The translations under genes and the position numbers were made by a program. 64,000 nt of DNA from the human T2T-CHM13v2.0 reference genome, Homo sapiens, in assembly GCF_009914755.1 (NCBI RefSeq), contig NC_060938.1. One strand, given 5' to 3'. The notes under the pieces were generated by a model. That model was not told the origin of the DNA. It did not search any database and worked only from the letters and a program-made list of their open reading frames with translations. Below are positions 1 through 14,111 of the stretch, piece after piece (position 1 is the stretch's first letter; each line of letters opens with the position of its first letter).

Positions 1-2807
1 AAAAATCAGTAGTATGTATCTTGTTTCCTCAAGTTTCAAGAAAAAAAAAATGAAAGGTCACTTTTTTCTCTTTAAACACTGATGTGTAGCTAGTAACTTG
101 GATAAAAAGGTGCCACCCTACAAAATGTGCTCAGCATGTTCTGAGGCCAGGATGGGCTTGGCCACCTGGGCTGGGGCGAAAGGAGACCTCCATCTGTCAC
201 AGTGGAAACTGAAGCCGAGTGCCAGTGCCGCGTCCGGCTTCAAGATCAAGAGTCAGAGCCTTTGAAATGGAAAGGGGGCATCTGAAAGGGCACCCCCACT
301 GGGGGCTTTCAGAGCTAAGGCTCCAGAAGGAAGGGGGTCGCCCTGCTAGTGACGGAGCTGGGAGTCACCCTGAGCTACAGCACGCCCAGATTTCCCCTGT
401 GGGAAGCCCCATCTGACCTTCTACAGCCCACGGCTCTGCAACTGCCACCTGTACTCAGGTACATGGCGTCGCTGCTGCTGGCTTTTAAAATCAGCTATTA
501 GTTTGAGATGTGACAGTCGCCGACAGGGTTCTGTCCTAGAAAGCCATCCCAGTGCCGTGTTGGCTCAGGGGTCACCAGCTTTGTGCTGCCTCCGTAACAG
601 CAGGAGGGTTCTCAAAGCAATGTTCCACTGATCCCTGGATGCCACTGCAGCATTAAAGACAGGGTCAGTCCCCTTGAGGGGAAAGGTGGCTTCAAGGCTG
701 TTCTCTGGGCCTGTTTGCAGGAGATCCGCAGGTACCAGGAGCCCGTACTTATTGCTTATTTCAGTGGTGGCCACGCCAACCTGACCCAAACATGATGCAC
801 ACGGGCTCCCAGACTTGGCTGCCACTCAAAATGGACCCACAGCCCTTGGGCTACTCTGCGGTTCTTTGGACTGCAAGACCCAGAGGGGCCTCTGCTCAGC
901 TGCCCACTCGGGCAAGAATCACTGGGTACCATGAGCAGCAGGTGTTCACCCAACTTCACGTGTACACCCCTAGTGACCGGGAGCGCACCACCTGACCGGG
1001 CGACACTCCTTCCCAAAGAGCCTCCTGGCAACACCCACGGCAGGAGCGCCACACCATCCCATCACCAGCACCCACTTACCCCCCTGGGGCTAAGATGGGG
1101 GGCGTGAGCCTTTCCCCTGAGAGCAAACGGGCAGCAAGAACTGCTCAGAATAGAGCCGCCAGCTAGGGAGAGGGACAGGGCGGCCATCTCCCTCCTCTTG
1201 CCTGCATCCCCAGCCCTGGGCCTGCATGAGACCTGCTGGGTAGGAAGACAGCCTCTCTGGGCTCTTCAGGTGGGGCTGAGCAGCCCCTGGAAGAGCACAG
1301 GAGTCTGACGAGGACCTGGTGAGGTCCTGGACCCAAGAGCTAGGGCTGCTTACAGTGGCATGAGCGGATGTGGGGAAGCGGCCTGTCCCCGTGCTGCAGC
1401 TGTGGGATCTCCCCTGTCATGTGCCACACATCACCCCCTCTAGGCCTTACTTTCCTCACACACACAGTTTTCTATTGCACTTTACAGTTTATACATGGTC
1501 ATTTACACTGAAGATCTCACTTGATGCCAGAATCCTGTGAGGAGGGCCTTATGCTGCCCATTTTACTACTGAGGACACGGGCTCAGAGTGGGGAGGCAAC
1601 TCTCCACCCGCAGCGACTGCAAGGCAGCAGAACTCAGCTCCACCCGGCCCGCCCTCAGCCGTCGGCTGTTGGCTCACGCCCCCTCAGTGAGGACCCCTGC
1701 CCTGTGGCGCTGGATGACCTGGAGCCATAAGCATGGCCGAAAAGGAACCTCAGAGACCTGTTTCCACCAAGAGCCCAGACAGGCTGAGTGAACTGCTAAA
1801 GGTCACACCACAAACTAAAGGCAGAACCTGGCCAGACACGCTCCTTCCCAAAAAGAACAGAACTCTCATCTGCAGCCTACACAGCTCTGTCCACAGGGAC
1901 CCAAGATGCAGCCAGGCCCTGGGGGAGGTCACAGCCAACCAGAGCCCCAGCTGTGGCCCAGTGCTGCCCATCAGGAAAATCACATGTGGCTCAGCCCAGA
2001 AACTCTCCCCAGGCCCTTCCTGTTACTGGCCTGTCATGTAAACCACGAAAAGGGACGTGCCTCAGGCATGGGGCAGGAGGAGCCCAAGAAGGGCATAGCC
2101 TGGACAGGGTGGCAGGGGGACATTGCAGAGACTGGGGGGGAGGGGGATGACCTCCAAAAGCAAGGAGCAGCGGGCATCGGGTGGCTGAGCACAGATCCCC
2201 AGGTGTGAGGGCACCCTGACCTCCAAGGCTGAGGGTCACAGGAAGGGCCCAGGGCAGCCTCCAGCCAGCCACAGATGTGGTGAGTGGCCTTGTCCACATG
2301 CCGGGGACCCAGTGCTTGGGGGGCCTGGGGCCAGGCCACGGCATTTGGGCAAGAAGTGGTGCCACCTGCGTCAAGACCCAGGTAGTGGTGGTCTCTGTCC
2401 AGTGTGGGTGGCAGCCGGGGAGTAGAGGGTTTGATGAGTGGCCCCTCCATCCCAGGCAGGACAGAGGAGCCTGGACAGTTCCCAGGCTGGATCTCAGAAG
2501 CAGCCTGCAGCCTCTTGCTCATGGAGCCCAGGGCCCAGAGGGGGAATGAGGCGTCCGGGCCGCTCTGCTGCAGGAACAGTCGCAGCGTCTCGTCTTCCCA
2601 GGTTGCTGGTGTATGAGGCGGGAGATGGCGGCTTGGGCCAGTGCATCGGACCCATGGCAGCTGGGCCAGGGCGGGCAGCGTCCTATGTACAGTTCACCAC
2701 AGAGGAAGAAGACAGGGGCTGGGCTGGAGGTCCTGCCCGTGTCTGGGGCCTGAAACTCCCCCTGGGGACCCCCAGCAGGGCCAGTCCACGTCCACAGAAG
2801 AGTGGCC
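1..2807 (-). other. CCDC85C: 3'UTR portion of the terminal exon of CCDC85C, probably continuing past the left edge
   Basis: Lies directly downstream of the TAG stop (plus-strand cta at 2808-2810). I saw no canonical minus-strand AATAAA/ATTAAA in this interval by eye. The true 3' end cannot be fixed from sequence alone. Confidence 0.7.
1465..1640 (-). mobile_element. Degenerate MIR SINE in the 3'UTR
   Basis: MIR-core-like cccattttactactgaggacacgggctcagag. Confidence 0.5.
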
Positions 2808-2930
<123 letters not shown>

Positions 2931-3479
2931 TCACCCGCGTCCACCTGCCGCCTATGCACATCCGCCGCCTCATCACGGCAGAATCACCCACGTCCTCAGA
3001 GCCATGGGGCCAGGAGGGACACGGAGGCCACTGCAGGCCCAGAGACACCCACACCAGGTCTTTGCATGCCGCGCTAACTATCGGGCCTGAGCAGGTCACT
3101 GCTGGGGTGTGGCTCAGCCTTGCAGCTGTCCAGTGGGGTCCACAGGCCCCACTAGGTGATGCGGGGGAGGGGCTGCACAGTTCAGAGCCTCTCGCCCCCC
3201 CTTTAAGTCCTGGGTTCAGACCCTATGAAACTCCTTCCCCGATGGCTCCTGCAAGCACCCCCAAGGAGACCGCCGATGGTGCTCAGCTGGGTCGGGCACG
3301 GGGCTCTCCTGGGCAGCCCCAGCCTGGTGGGCTGGAGGGTTCCACCTGGACCTCCTGCTCTGAGCACCATCTGCCCAGCCAGCAGCCACAGGGGGCACCA
3401 GCAAGCTGAGAGGCCCGGGGGCCAGCACCCAGGGAACACCTGGGGTGAACAAACCAGTCCCGGGGGGGTGGGGGGCTCA

Positions 3480-3905
<426 letters not shown>

Positions 3906-4598
3906 TCACCTGGCCCCTGATCCTCAGCCTCCCCTGCTGCGAACCAAAGCTGAGGACCCTGAGCCGCTGGGCCCCTGGGGACAAGCGTGGAAAAAACTGA
4001 GGGGCAGGTTGTCATCTCACCCTGCTGACACTGGATGCCCTACAAGGGAAGCAGCTCATGGCTGGGCCACCCGGGAGGAAGTAGACAGGCTGGGCAAGGA
4101 AGACCCTCAGACAGGTGGACTCACTGCAACCCAGGGCCCGCTGGAGATGAGTGGGCACTCGCCACGTGGAGGGGGTGTGAGTAGGCGTGGCCGTGCATGC
4201 ATGTGGGATGTCATGGGGCACGTACGTAGGAGGAAGGGGGGCATGGGAGTGGGGACTGTGCTCAGGTGTGCACAGCCTGGAGGAACCGGAGCCCATCGGA
4301 CTCACCAGTCTGCACCTGCAGAGGCTGGGCCTGGCAGACCTGAGGTTAGTTCTAGCCCCCCTCCTGCCCCTCTCTCTCTGGCCTTAGTTGGGTGCCTGCC
4401 CTCCCCGACCCCAGGCCTCAGTCTTGTTAGGTGCAGTAGCTCAGGGATGGCAGACAGGTGACACACTTATGACTGCCACCTCTGAGTTCAACCTCACAGT
4501 GCTCCAGGCAGCCATGGTCACCCAGCCACCCACACACAGATGAAACCTCCCACCCCTGCCACTTGGATACCCCTAGGTGCAAAGGTCCCACAGTCTCA

Positions 4599-4772
<174 letters not shown>

Positions 4773-6152
4773 TCACCCTGGCTGGCTCCCACAGGAATGA
4801 CCGGTGGCTCAGACAAGGCCCCCATTCTGAGGGGCCAGGGCCCAGGCAGGAGGAAAAGGGGACCGGGGTGAGGCAGAGGAGGCAGGTGTGAGGATGGAGA
4901 CCCAAGGAGCCCACAGCCAGTCTGGCCAGTCCCGCCCACCAGGTCTTCTGCAGATGAAATGGTCCCTGATAGCACAGAGGCAAGAGGGGCAGTCCAGGGC
5001 CCACCCACACCTCTCAGGCTCCTCTACAACACCCCACAGATAAGACCTAGCGTCTGTTTTGCAAGGAAAGTAAGTTCAGCCTAGGGAGGGCAAGAGACCC
5101 AGATCACAGCAAGACCAGGAAGGTCTGGACTTAACCCTGGCACCTGACTCCAAACTCCCTTCCCCTGCCCACCCTGGAGCCACCGGTGGGCGAGGCCGGC
5201 TTCGCCCTGAGCACTCCCTGGGGCCTGCCTCCCAGCTGCCACCTCCCAGCCCTGCGGGATGAATTGGCTGCCAGGTGCCCAGCTCCCACATCAGGCCTTG
5301 GGGAGGGGACCCAGCCTCTGTCAGAAGCTGCATGTCTACCCAGGGGCAGGCAGTCCCACCCCCAGCTTCCTGCCTGGAAGGGTCCATGTGGCTGGGAAGC
5401 CAGGTGCAGGGCTTCTGCCTCGGGCTGCAGTGGGGACCACAGGGGCCCAACAGAAACCAGCAGGTCACAAGATGCTGGGAGAGGCTTGGGAGGAACTTAC
5501 AAGTGCCCAGAGCCAGACAGAAAACACCCAGCGGTGCCCTGTGGGCCCTGGAAGCGGGGTTTCCAGGACATCTTCCGGGCTCCCACCTCTGGCAATCCTT
5601 GGGCCAACCATGGAAGCTGAGTCTGCCGCCCTCTCTGTAAATGGGGCCCTGATGACGCCTCCCAACGGCCTGGCAAGCTCAGGGAGCTGGGCTGGAATCC
5701 CACCCACCCAGGCCTGCATCATGGGGCCACCTAACACTGCAGGGCTGGGTTCTGCGACCCTCAGGACCTGGAACCCCCTGCAGGCCTGGCAGCCAACCCC
5801 TGGTGCCCTCCCCGCCCGCCCTGGCCTGGACCTGCTCCCAGGGCCTTGCAGGTTGACCGGCTCCCGCCTCCACATGGAGACCAGGCCCCACCCCTGAGGC
5901 TAGGGGGCCTGGGAGCTGCTACCTCCGGAGGCCCCCCGAGCCCTGGGGTCTAGGAAAGCGTCATTGAGGTGGGGCTCAACCCACGCTGAGCCTCGGTTTC
6001 CTCGTCTGGACAATAGAAAGGGTCCTCTGCCCCAGGGTGTGTGCAGACCCCTAACTCCAGCCCAGGCTGTTGGGTCTCTGTAGTGTAGGGAACCCAACAG
6101 GGACGCTGGGGATTCCCCCTGGGGCAACGCAAGGCGGCACTCCCCGCGCCAG

Positions 6153-6166
6153 ACAGCAGGGGGCGC
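6153..6166 (+). promoter_or_regulatory. Candidate CTCF site
   Basis: ACAGCAGGGGGCGC is a 13/14 match to the core CCASYAGRKGGCRS, in a locally CpG-retaining patch. Confidence 0.45.
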
Positions 6167-6656
6167 CAGTCGCACACATACGGCCCTGGGAGACCTGGGC
6201 ACCTACACCTTCCTGCACCTTCCGCTGCAGAACACAGGCCATGTGCCAGCCGGCCCCTGGCACCTCTGGCCTCATCTGCACCAGGCCCCTGGGCTGCCTG
6301 TCCTGTTACAGCCCCCGGCTCTAGGGGGCTGGGATTTCTGCAGCACAGGCAGGAGGGAAGCCAGGAGCGTGGGGGTGGGCTGTGCAAGCCGCCCCTCTCC
6401 TGCCCGCCTCACTGGGCAGTGGTGGGTGCCAGCGAGGGCATGGCCCGGGATCCTGAAAGTGACACCAGGACTAGACAAAGCCCTAGTGTTACCTCCAGGG
6501 CATTCCCGGGGTGCAGGGGCCCCCAACTGTACTAGAACTCAGCCCCCTCGGGCCACACACACCTCCCACTGACTAGGTACCCACTTAGGGCAGATGGGCC
6601 CACTGAGTCCTTGCCACACTGCTCCCAGCAGGCACTATCTTTTTACATGTTCATAC

Positions 6657-6977
<321 letters not shown>

Positions 6978-6984
6978 TACATGC

Positions 6985-7100
6985 CCACTTTACAGACAAG
7001 GAGAGTGAGGCTAAGAGAATGGCTTGCCCAAGACCAAACAGCTTGTAAACAATGGGGCTGGGCGCCAAACCCAAGTCTGTGGGACTCCTGAGCTGGTGCC
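6985..7100 (-). mobile_element. MIR fragment next to (probably interrupted by) the Alu
   Basis: cccactttacagacaaggagagtgaggctaagagaatggcttgcccaagacc resembles the MIR core. Confidence 0.55.
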
Positions 7101-7123
7101 CAAAGTGAGGATACCAGTGTGCA

Positions 7124-7545
7124 CCAGAGAGAACTGAAAATAGACATCCACAAAATACCTGTCGCCAAACGCTCAGAGCAACACCATTCATGTGAGCCCA
7201 AACATGGAAACGATCCAAATGTACAGCAACAAATGAAGGAATCATGTGTTCCACCCACACAATGGAATAGTATTCAGCCATGAAAAGCAATGAAGACCAA
7301 TACAGGGTACCTGTGGCTGGACCCTGAGAACAAGATTTGGAGTGAAAGAAGCCTGACACAAAAGGCCACACGTCATGTGATTCCATTTATACGAAATATC
7401 CAGAATTGGCAAATCCGTGGAAACAGAAAGCACCAACCAGTCGGTGGTTGCTGGTGGCTGGGAGGAAGGGGGACGGGAGTGACGGCCGATGGGTACAGGG
7501 TGTCTTTCTGGGGTGATGAAAATGTTCTACTGTGATGACGGCACA
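7124..7545 (+). mobile_element. Ancient L1 (L1M-type) 3' fragment
   Basis: Diagnostic L1M 3' phrases: acaatggaatagtattcagccatgaaaag, tgattccatttatacgaaatatccagaattggcaaatcc, tttctggggtgatgaaaatgttcta. Confidence 0.85.
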
Positions 7546-7963
7546 AGTCTGAGTGTCCTCCCTTAGGAGGCTGATGGGTATAAACCACCTCCCACCCTCC
7601 ACTGGGCACCTGCCCTGACAGCCAGTGGATGGAGGGTATGGGCAGCAGTGGGCAGGGAGGGGGTGTCCACCCCAGAGAGTCACCTGCTTTACCCAGGGAC
7701 TCTCCAGCATGCCCTCAATGTGCCCATGACCCACAGGTAGCCTTAAAGGAGACTTGCCTGGGTCTGGAAGGGCCTGTGTGCCAGGCAGTGTCTGAGCCCG
7801 GAGACGGCCCTCTCTGGATAACCCCCTCACTCTCCCCGGGGGTCCAAGTGCCAGACATGGGCTCTCCAGGCCCCAGCAAGGGCCTCTGGCCCTGGCCCCT
7901 CCACAGCAGCCACTTCTCCAGGCTTCATCGGCCCCTCCCACGAGATACCTTGACCCCTCAACC

Positions 7964-8085
7964 CCCACTCCTGGGGGCCTGCCCGCCGACCAGCCCCGAT
8001 CACAGCCCCTGCACCTCAGTTCATCCCACTCCTGGGGGCCTGCCCGCCGACCAGCCCTGATCATGGCCCCTGAACCTCAGTTTAT
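7964..8085. repeat. Tandem repeat, 61-bp unit x2
   Basis: cccactcctgggggcctgcccgccgaccagccc occurs at 7964 and 8025. Confidence 0.9.
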
Positions 8086-8317
8086 CACCCGGCCTCCTGG
8101 CCTCATGGAGGAGCGACCCCTGCACAGCCCCCACGCTGGCCCCTGACCTCTAGGCACACACAGGCACCAGGACGCACTCACCATGGGGCCCTGGCCATCC
8201 ACCCCACCCCTGTGAGCCTCACTTCCTCCTCTCCAAAGTAGGGGACACCCCTTCATGCACAGAGCAGTCTAGAGGAAAAAAGGAGGCAAGAGGAACAAAC
8301 CCTTTCCCAAGGCTGCC

Positions 8318-8572
8318 TCCTCCAGGAAGCCTTCCTGAACATTCCTGAACTCTGACAGCATTTTATCCGCACTCTCAGGCCTTGAGGCTCGGCCCATGCC
8401 TGAGGTGTGCTCTCCAGAGGCCTGCAGGGAGACAGCATCTGGCGGGCCTGGTACATGTGAGAGCTGTGCTTGCACAGCACTTCCCAACCTGCAGGCCACG
8501 CGGAAGACTTCAGGACATAGCACTGAGTAACTGCTAGCTGCTATTACTCCCTCCCACGATCTGAATGAATGA
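8318..8572 (+). mobile_element. Degenerate L2 3' fragment
   Basis: cctctccaggaagccttcctga motif and terminal tgaatgaatga. Confidence 0.45.
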
Positions 8573-9526
8573 GAGGCACGGGGCATGAAGACTAAGGAGC
8601 CAGCCCCGTGAGGGCATCCCTTGGCTTTTCAGAGCCCTCCACCATGAAACAGTTAGAGCCTCGTTCAGCCACGGGACTCCGGATAAATGCTTGGAATATC
8701 GGCCATTGGCGGGCTTTGCTGCCTGCACAGGCTCTACAGCTGCATTCCTGGAGAAGGTGGAAGGGCAGCAAAAGAGAAATCGCAGAGCCAGCAGCCAGCA
8801 CTGAGGCCCAGCAAGCTCTGCACCGGGGGCCTGGGGTCAGCCTTGTGGGCAAGGGGTGCAGGGAAGAGAGCAGGAAGGGGCACAGCTGCTACAAGCGCAC
8901 GTGCTGCCCAAGAAGCACCTCCATACACGGCTCTGCAGGTGCCGCAACGAGAACAGCCGATGCTTCCCAAGCATCCGCTACACACCCACCAAGGCTCCTG
9001 GAGGCGTGAAGTCCCACAAGGCAAGGCCCCCAGTCCTAGGAGGGCAAGTGGGCCTGGACTCCTGTGGCTCCCCACTGCCATCATATCTATCTACAGGGCA
9101 CAGTCCTGAGCTAGGTTCCACTTCCCGGGAGCTGGCTCCAAGCCGCCCACCCCATTCCCTCCAGGCCAGGTCAGCCAGGTAGGGGCAGAGGATACCCCTG
9201 GAGGCATCAGGCTGGTCATTTCAGTGCAGAATCCACAAACCTGAACCCCAAGCTCCAGGGCTGGCCGGGTACCCTCTCCCCACCGTGGCCAAGGAGTGGC
9301 ACAGGCTAATGAGCTGCTCAGAGGGACAGGGGCTAGGCACGGGCAGCCCTGCGCACGTGGCCTCTGGAGACTGCCCCGCACCTCCAGCAGTGTCAACCCA
9401 CCTGGGGCTCCGCCTCTAACTGCCACACTGGATGGGACACGGACACAGGGCCTAGGGCTGGGGCTGAACTCAGGCACCCAGATCCTTGTGCCCCTCCGGG
9501 CAGGTCACTGGCCCGCCTGAGCCTCA

Positions 9527-9703
<177 letters not shown>

Positions 9704-9854
9704 TTAGACGGAGGGCCAGGCTGAGGAGGACAAGGGCCCTGGGCATGGCTCCTCACGGCAGCAGGGGCTGCTCAAAGGCACGGCCCCGGAGGACCCCTCC
9801 ACCCTCCCCTCCACACCGCTTATCCGTCCCCCGAGCCGGGATCAATCGATCTTC

Positions 9855-9952
9855 ACTCTCCCCAGCTCAAATGTCAGCGATCCACTCTCCAGCGTGGGCT
9901 TTGTAAACATTTGTTGGATGGCTGAATAAACAGAATGAATGAATGAATGAAG
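9855..9952 (+). mobile_element. L2 3' end with (TGAA)n tail
   Basis: cagctcaaatgtca, then aaacatttgttggatggctgaataaacagaatgaatgaatgaatgaa. Confidence 0.6.
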
Positions 9953-12900
9953 AAGAGCGAGTGAGGAGAGAGTGTCTCTCCCACCCCGTGACTCACCCTG
10001 GCTCCTCCGCTCCAACTTCCTGCCCTTGGGTCCCTGCACAGACGGCACCACTCACAGGGCCTGGGCCAGCCATCGGCAGCAGATGGGGCCACATCCACAG
10101 GCGAGGCCTCCCACCTCCCACCTCCCACGGGTTCGGGGCTCTCTAGGGATGCTCCGCCCAGGCTGCCTCCCCCATCGGATGGGCAGGGAGCTCCTAAAGC
10201 AGGTCCTGGGTGCTGCCTCTGAATCCCTGAGAACTCGTGCAAGCTGTGGGGTCGTAACTAACTCCTGCACACAGGAGGGAGGGAGGAAGGCTTGGCCTTA
10301 GACCCTTTGCTTAAAAGCAAAGCAAACACCACCGACCCCCAGAATTTGGGGCTGGGGCTGGGACCAGGAGCCAGAATGAATCCACAGGTCCCATAAACTT
10401 CTCTGGTCAGTCCCACAGTGCCCCTCCCCTGGCCCGGCCCAGCAGAAGGCCCGGCCTTTCTTTTCTTTCTGCATCACTAAAGGGTTTTGGGTGTTTCTGG
10501 CCGAAACACCCTTTTCTACTTCAAAGGAACTGAGAGAAAGCGGCTGGGCAGATAAAACCCTGCGGAATGTCCCATAAATCAGCAGGCTGTTGAGTTACCC
10601 AAACAAACTGCAGGGGCAGGGGAGGCCCAGGCTGGGGCTGGGCTGGGGCAGGGGCAAGGAAGGCAGGACAGGCTGCAGCCATGTCTGGGGTCCCAGTTCC
10701 ACTCACCAGCCCCTCGGCCTGGCTGTGAAAGATCCCACACACACCCTGCTTGCCTCCCTCAAAAGCTGGACCTGGCCCCGCACTTCTCACAAGCCCCAGC
10801 CTCACTGAGGTCCAGCTCTTGTGTTCTCCCAGCCCCATCAGAGCCCTGGCCAGGCCCCCCACTGGGGCTGGGAGGTCTCAAGAGCTTGGCTCAAGGGCCA
10901 GCAAACAGCCGTGTCCTGCGGGCGTGAGGAGGCAAGTGGATGCTCTATTACCAGCTCCCACGGAGCCAAGACAGGAAAGCAGGGATCCGGCACTGACTCC
11001 CCTCATTAAATAGCCCACGCCCACCAGACGCCGGTCAGCCAGGGCAGCCGGGCACTGGAGGCTGGGAGCTGCTTCCTGGGCCTCAGGGAGGACCTGGGTG
11101 TGGTCCAAGGTCAGGGAGGGACATAAAGGAGAGACAGAGAAGTGGGAACCAACCTTCCTGCAGGGCCCCCAAAGTGTGATGGGTTTTAGATAACCCTGGC
11201 GAGCATCACAAAGGGGTCTCAGCACGGGGGCCTTGGGCACAGCCCTGAACCATCAAATGGGACTGCCATGCCCTGACCACGGCATTAACCCTGGCTGACC
11301 CTGCCTAGGTTAACTAGAGGCACTCACGGCCCGCAGGTGGAGGTCAGATCAAGGAAAGCCCCCTCCCCACCCACCAGGTACCAAAAAGAGGAAGAGGCTA
11401 CAGCCCCCACCCCTAGGCCCAGCACTCACCCTCCCCCAACCATGAGTGACACCCCTCCCCCCACCCCATCAGAGCCACCCATGCCTCCCTGGGTCACCTC
11501 TCCTGAGAGATGTACCCCTAGCTCCACTTAAGGGCGAAAATTCCAAACCACCTGATTTTCTTGGCCAGGACTCTGCAACAGTAAGAGAGTTACAAAATCT
11601 TCTCCAATGGAGAATGGCATTCTAAGCCAGCACACACTCTGAATGCGTGCGTGCACATACACACAGTCTGACTACTGGGCCACACAGCCAGGAAGGGTAC
11701 ACCTGGGATTGGAACAGCTGCCCTCCCCTTCAGCCGGCCCTGCCCTGCCCTGCTCAGCTTCTGTTTGGACTCCGGCGTCCCTTCCTCCACATCCTCTCTG
11801 GCCCTCGACCAAATGGGCTCCCACGTGCTGTTACCGAAAACGCAGGTTTGTGCTGCCGTCCCCTCCCCTCCCCCAGATAATTTCCCTGGGAGGAGATGTG
11901 TGTGCGTGAGCGTGAGGGAGGTTTTTAATTAGCTGCACGCAATTCCCACCCTTGCCTTCGGTGAGCCTCTATAAACATTTGCATGTCCATAGAACTTTAT
12001 TAGCAAGCCACAAAGCCAGGCAGGAAAAACGCACAATCTCTCATTAAGGGGCAATGTGACTAATGGCGCATCAAATGAGTAACCATTATTGCACTTAAAT
12101 CCAAATTAAAAATCCTGCTATGAGACAGGTCGCTGCCTTTGCAGAATGAGATTCCCTAGGATTTCCCCGAGGAGGGAAAGCAGGAGCTGAAATCACCTGC
12201 TGGGCTTGTTCTGCACACAGAGAAGAGCTCCAGCTAAGGAAGGTGCTGGCCCTTCCACAGGGGGAGGCGGGGGGTCCACTGCCGCTCCCCAGAAACACCC
12301 ACCTGCCCAGTCTTCCTCGGGTGGCTCCCTCAGGACCCAGGGAGAAGGGATCTTACACACAGAGCTGCCAGCTCAGAGCTCAAACAAGATTTCCCGAATC
12401 CTTAACAGGGTGGGGCCAGCCCTGCCAAACACTCAGCGTGGCCCCTTCCACCCTGGCCAGGCCCAATCCGCATTACTCACTTCTAGAGCCTCCAGAGGGC
12501 AGCATGAGTGTCCTAGACTAGGGAGGAAGAGACCCAGGAGGTTGCAGGGCCTCCTTTTCCACTGAGGACCGGAGTTCAGGACACCTCCAGCCTGTATCCA
12601 GGGCCTTCACTGCAACACTGCCCGACTTGGGGCCCAGCGAGGACTCGCTGGGTGAACTCCAGTTGTTCCCCAGCCCTTTCTGGGCCTCTGCAGTGCAGCC
12701 CAGCCTTCTCCCCAGAGGGGAACCCCGTCCTGCAGTGAATGCCTGCCTGCAAAGCTGCAGGGGGCCTATGTGGGGCCACCCTGGGGTGACCCCTAGGGAG
12801 CATTGTCAGAGGGGATGCTGAACAGAAAGAGGATAAGACATGGAGACAGAGCCCACCCACCCCAGCCTGCCCACCTGAGGCTGCTTGTTTGGAAAGGATG

Positions 12901-13970
12901 GGCGGGGTGGCTGCAGGCAGGAAGCGCCTTTCTGGGCTGTGCTTAGGGGAGCTGCTGTCACCCTGCTTCCTGCTCCCAGAGAGCTTTTGGGCCCTCAAAT
13001 GTGCTGCATCGGTTATGTGTCCGAGAGGCACAAACAGAGCGCCTCCTGTGTGCCAGGCACCACGCCGTGCCCCATCAGGGAGGCAGCAACTAAAGGGGAG
13101 TGAGGGCTGGGGGTGCGGGTGGAGGCAGGCACTGAAGAGGGGGTGCCCTGTGTCCCCACCTGGGCAGCCTGCCCGCAAGTGACCACTTGGACCACCAGAC
13201 TCGAAGCCCCAGGCTGATTCATACAGAATGCCCTGGGAAGGAGTCCCCGTGGAGGGGCCACCTGGCGCGACTCTGGACCGGTGTCTCAGTGCTCGGTGCA
13301 GGGATGGGTGGGGACCTGCGAGGCTCCTCCCTCCTCAGCACCCTCCAGGATGGCTGACAGGTGAGCATGGGCCCTTGGCACCGTGTGGCACAGCACAGCT
13401 CGGCTCAGCCGGACAGCCAGGTGTGGCCAGGGTCCAGGACCACAGTGGACAGCAACGCAGCCACATCCCTCTCCCCCTCCCAAATTTAGGTCATGCCAAT
13501 GACTGTGTCTGACTTGGGAGACACTGTGGGGCTCAGGGAGAGGACCCCAACACAGGCCTCCCCCAGCCCAGACTCTCCTGGGTCAGGTGCCCTCCTGCTT
13601 CTGGCCTGTGGGGGCTCCAGGGGATCTGTCACAAGAGGCCAGTTTCACCGCAGCTGAAGAGCTTGAAGGTGCCGTCTGCAGGGAGGGGCCTACATCCACC
13701 CTCAGAGCAATGGGAACCTGGGCAGGAAAAAGCCACATGAGCCCAGGCCCCGTGCAGCTCCTGCAGGCACTAACAATGCCTCTGCCCTGAGCGTGTGCTG
13801 AGATGGTCTCCAGGTCCCCGTGGTCACTGTGCAGTCCCCAGGCTGGGATGGGAGCCAGGTTGGAGGACAGGGAGCTGGAGAGAGCTCCTTCCAGTTCACA
13901 TTTCCCACCAATCCCACTCCCACAGATAAGCCATCATCCCAGGGGCTACGGAGGCGAGAGGTGAGACCCA

Positions 13971-14111
13971 GGGAGCAAGGCCACGGCCCAGTGACCACCC
14001 CGTCCCCAAGACCTGGCGACCTCCCTCCAGGAAGAGGAAGTGGGGGCAAGGCCAGGGCCCAGGGAACACCCCGTCCCCAAGACCTGGCGACCTCCCTCCA
14101 GGAAGACGAAG
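13971..14111. repeat. Tandem repeat, 71-bp unit x2
   Basis: caccccgtccccaagacctggcgacctccctccaggaaga is present twice with period 71. Confidence 0.9.

Noticed and set aside
369-1125. Seed matches for miR-125 (plus-strand ccctgag) and miR-15/16 (plus-strand agcagca) in the 3'UTR
   Set aside because: 7-mers are expected by chance in 2.8 kb of GC-rich sequence and cannot be supported without conservation or AGO-CLIP data.
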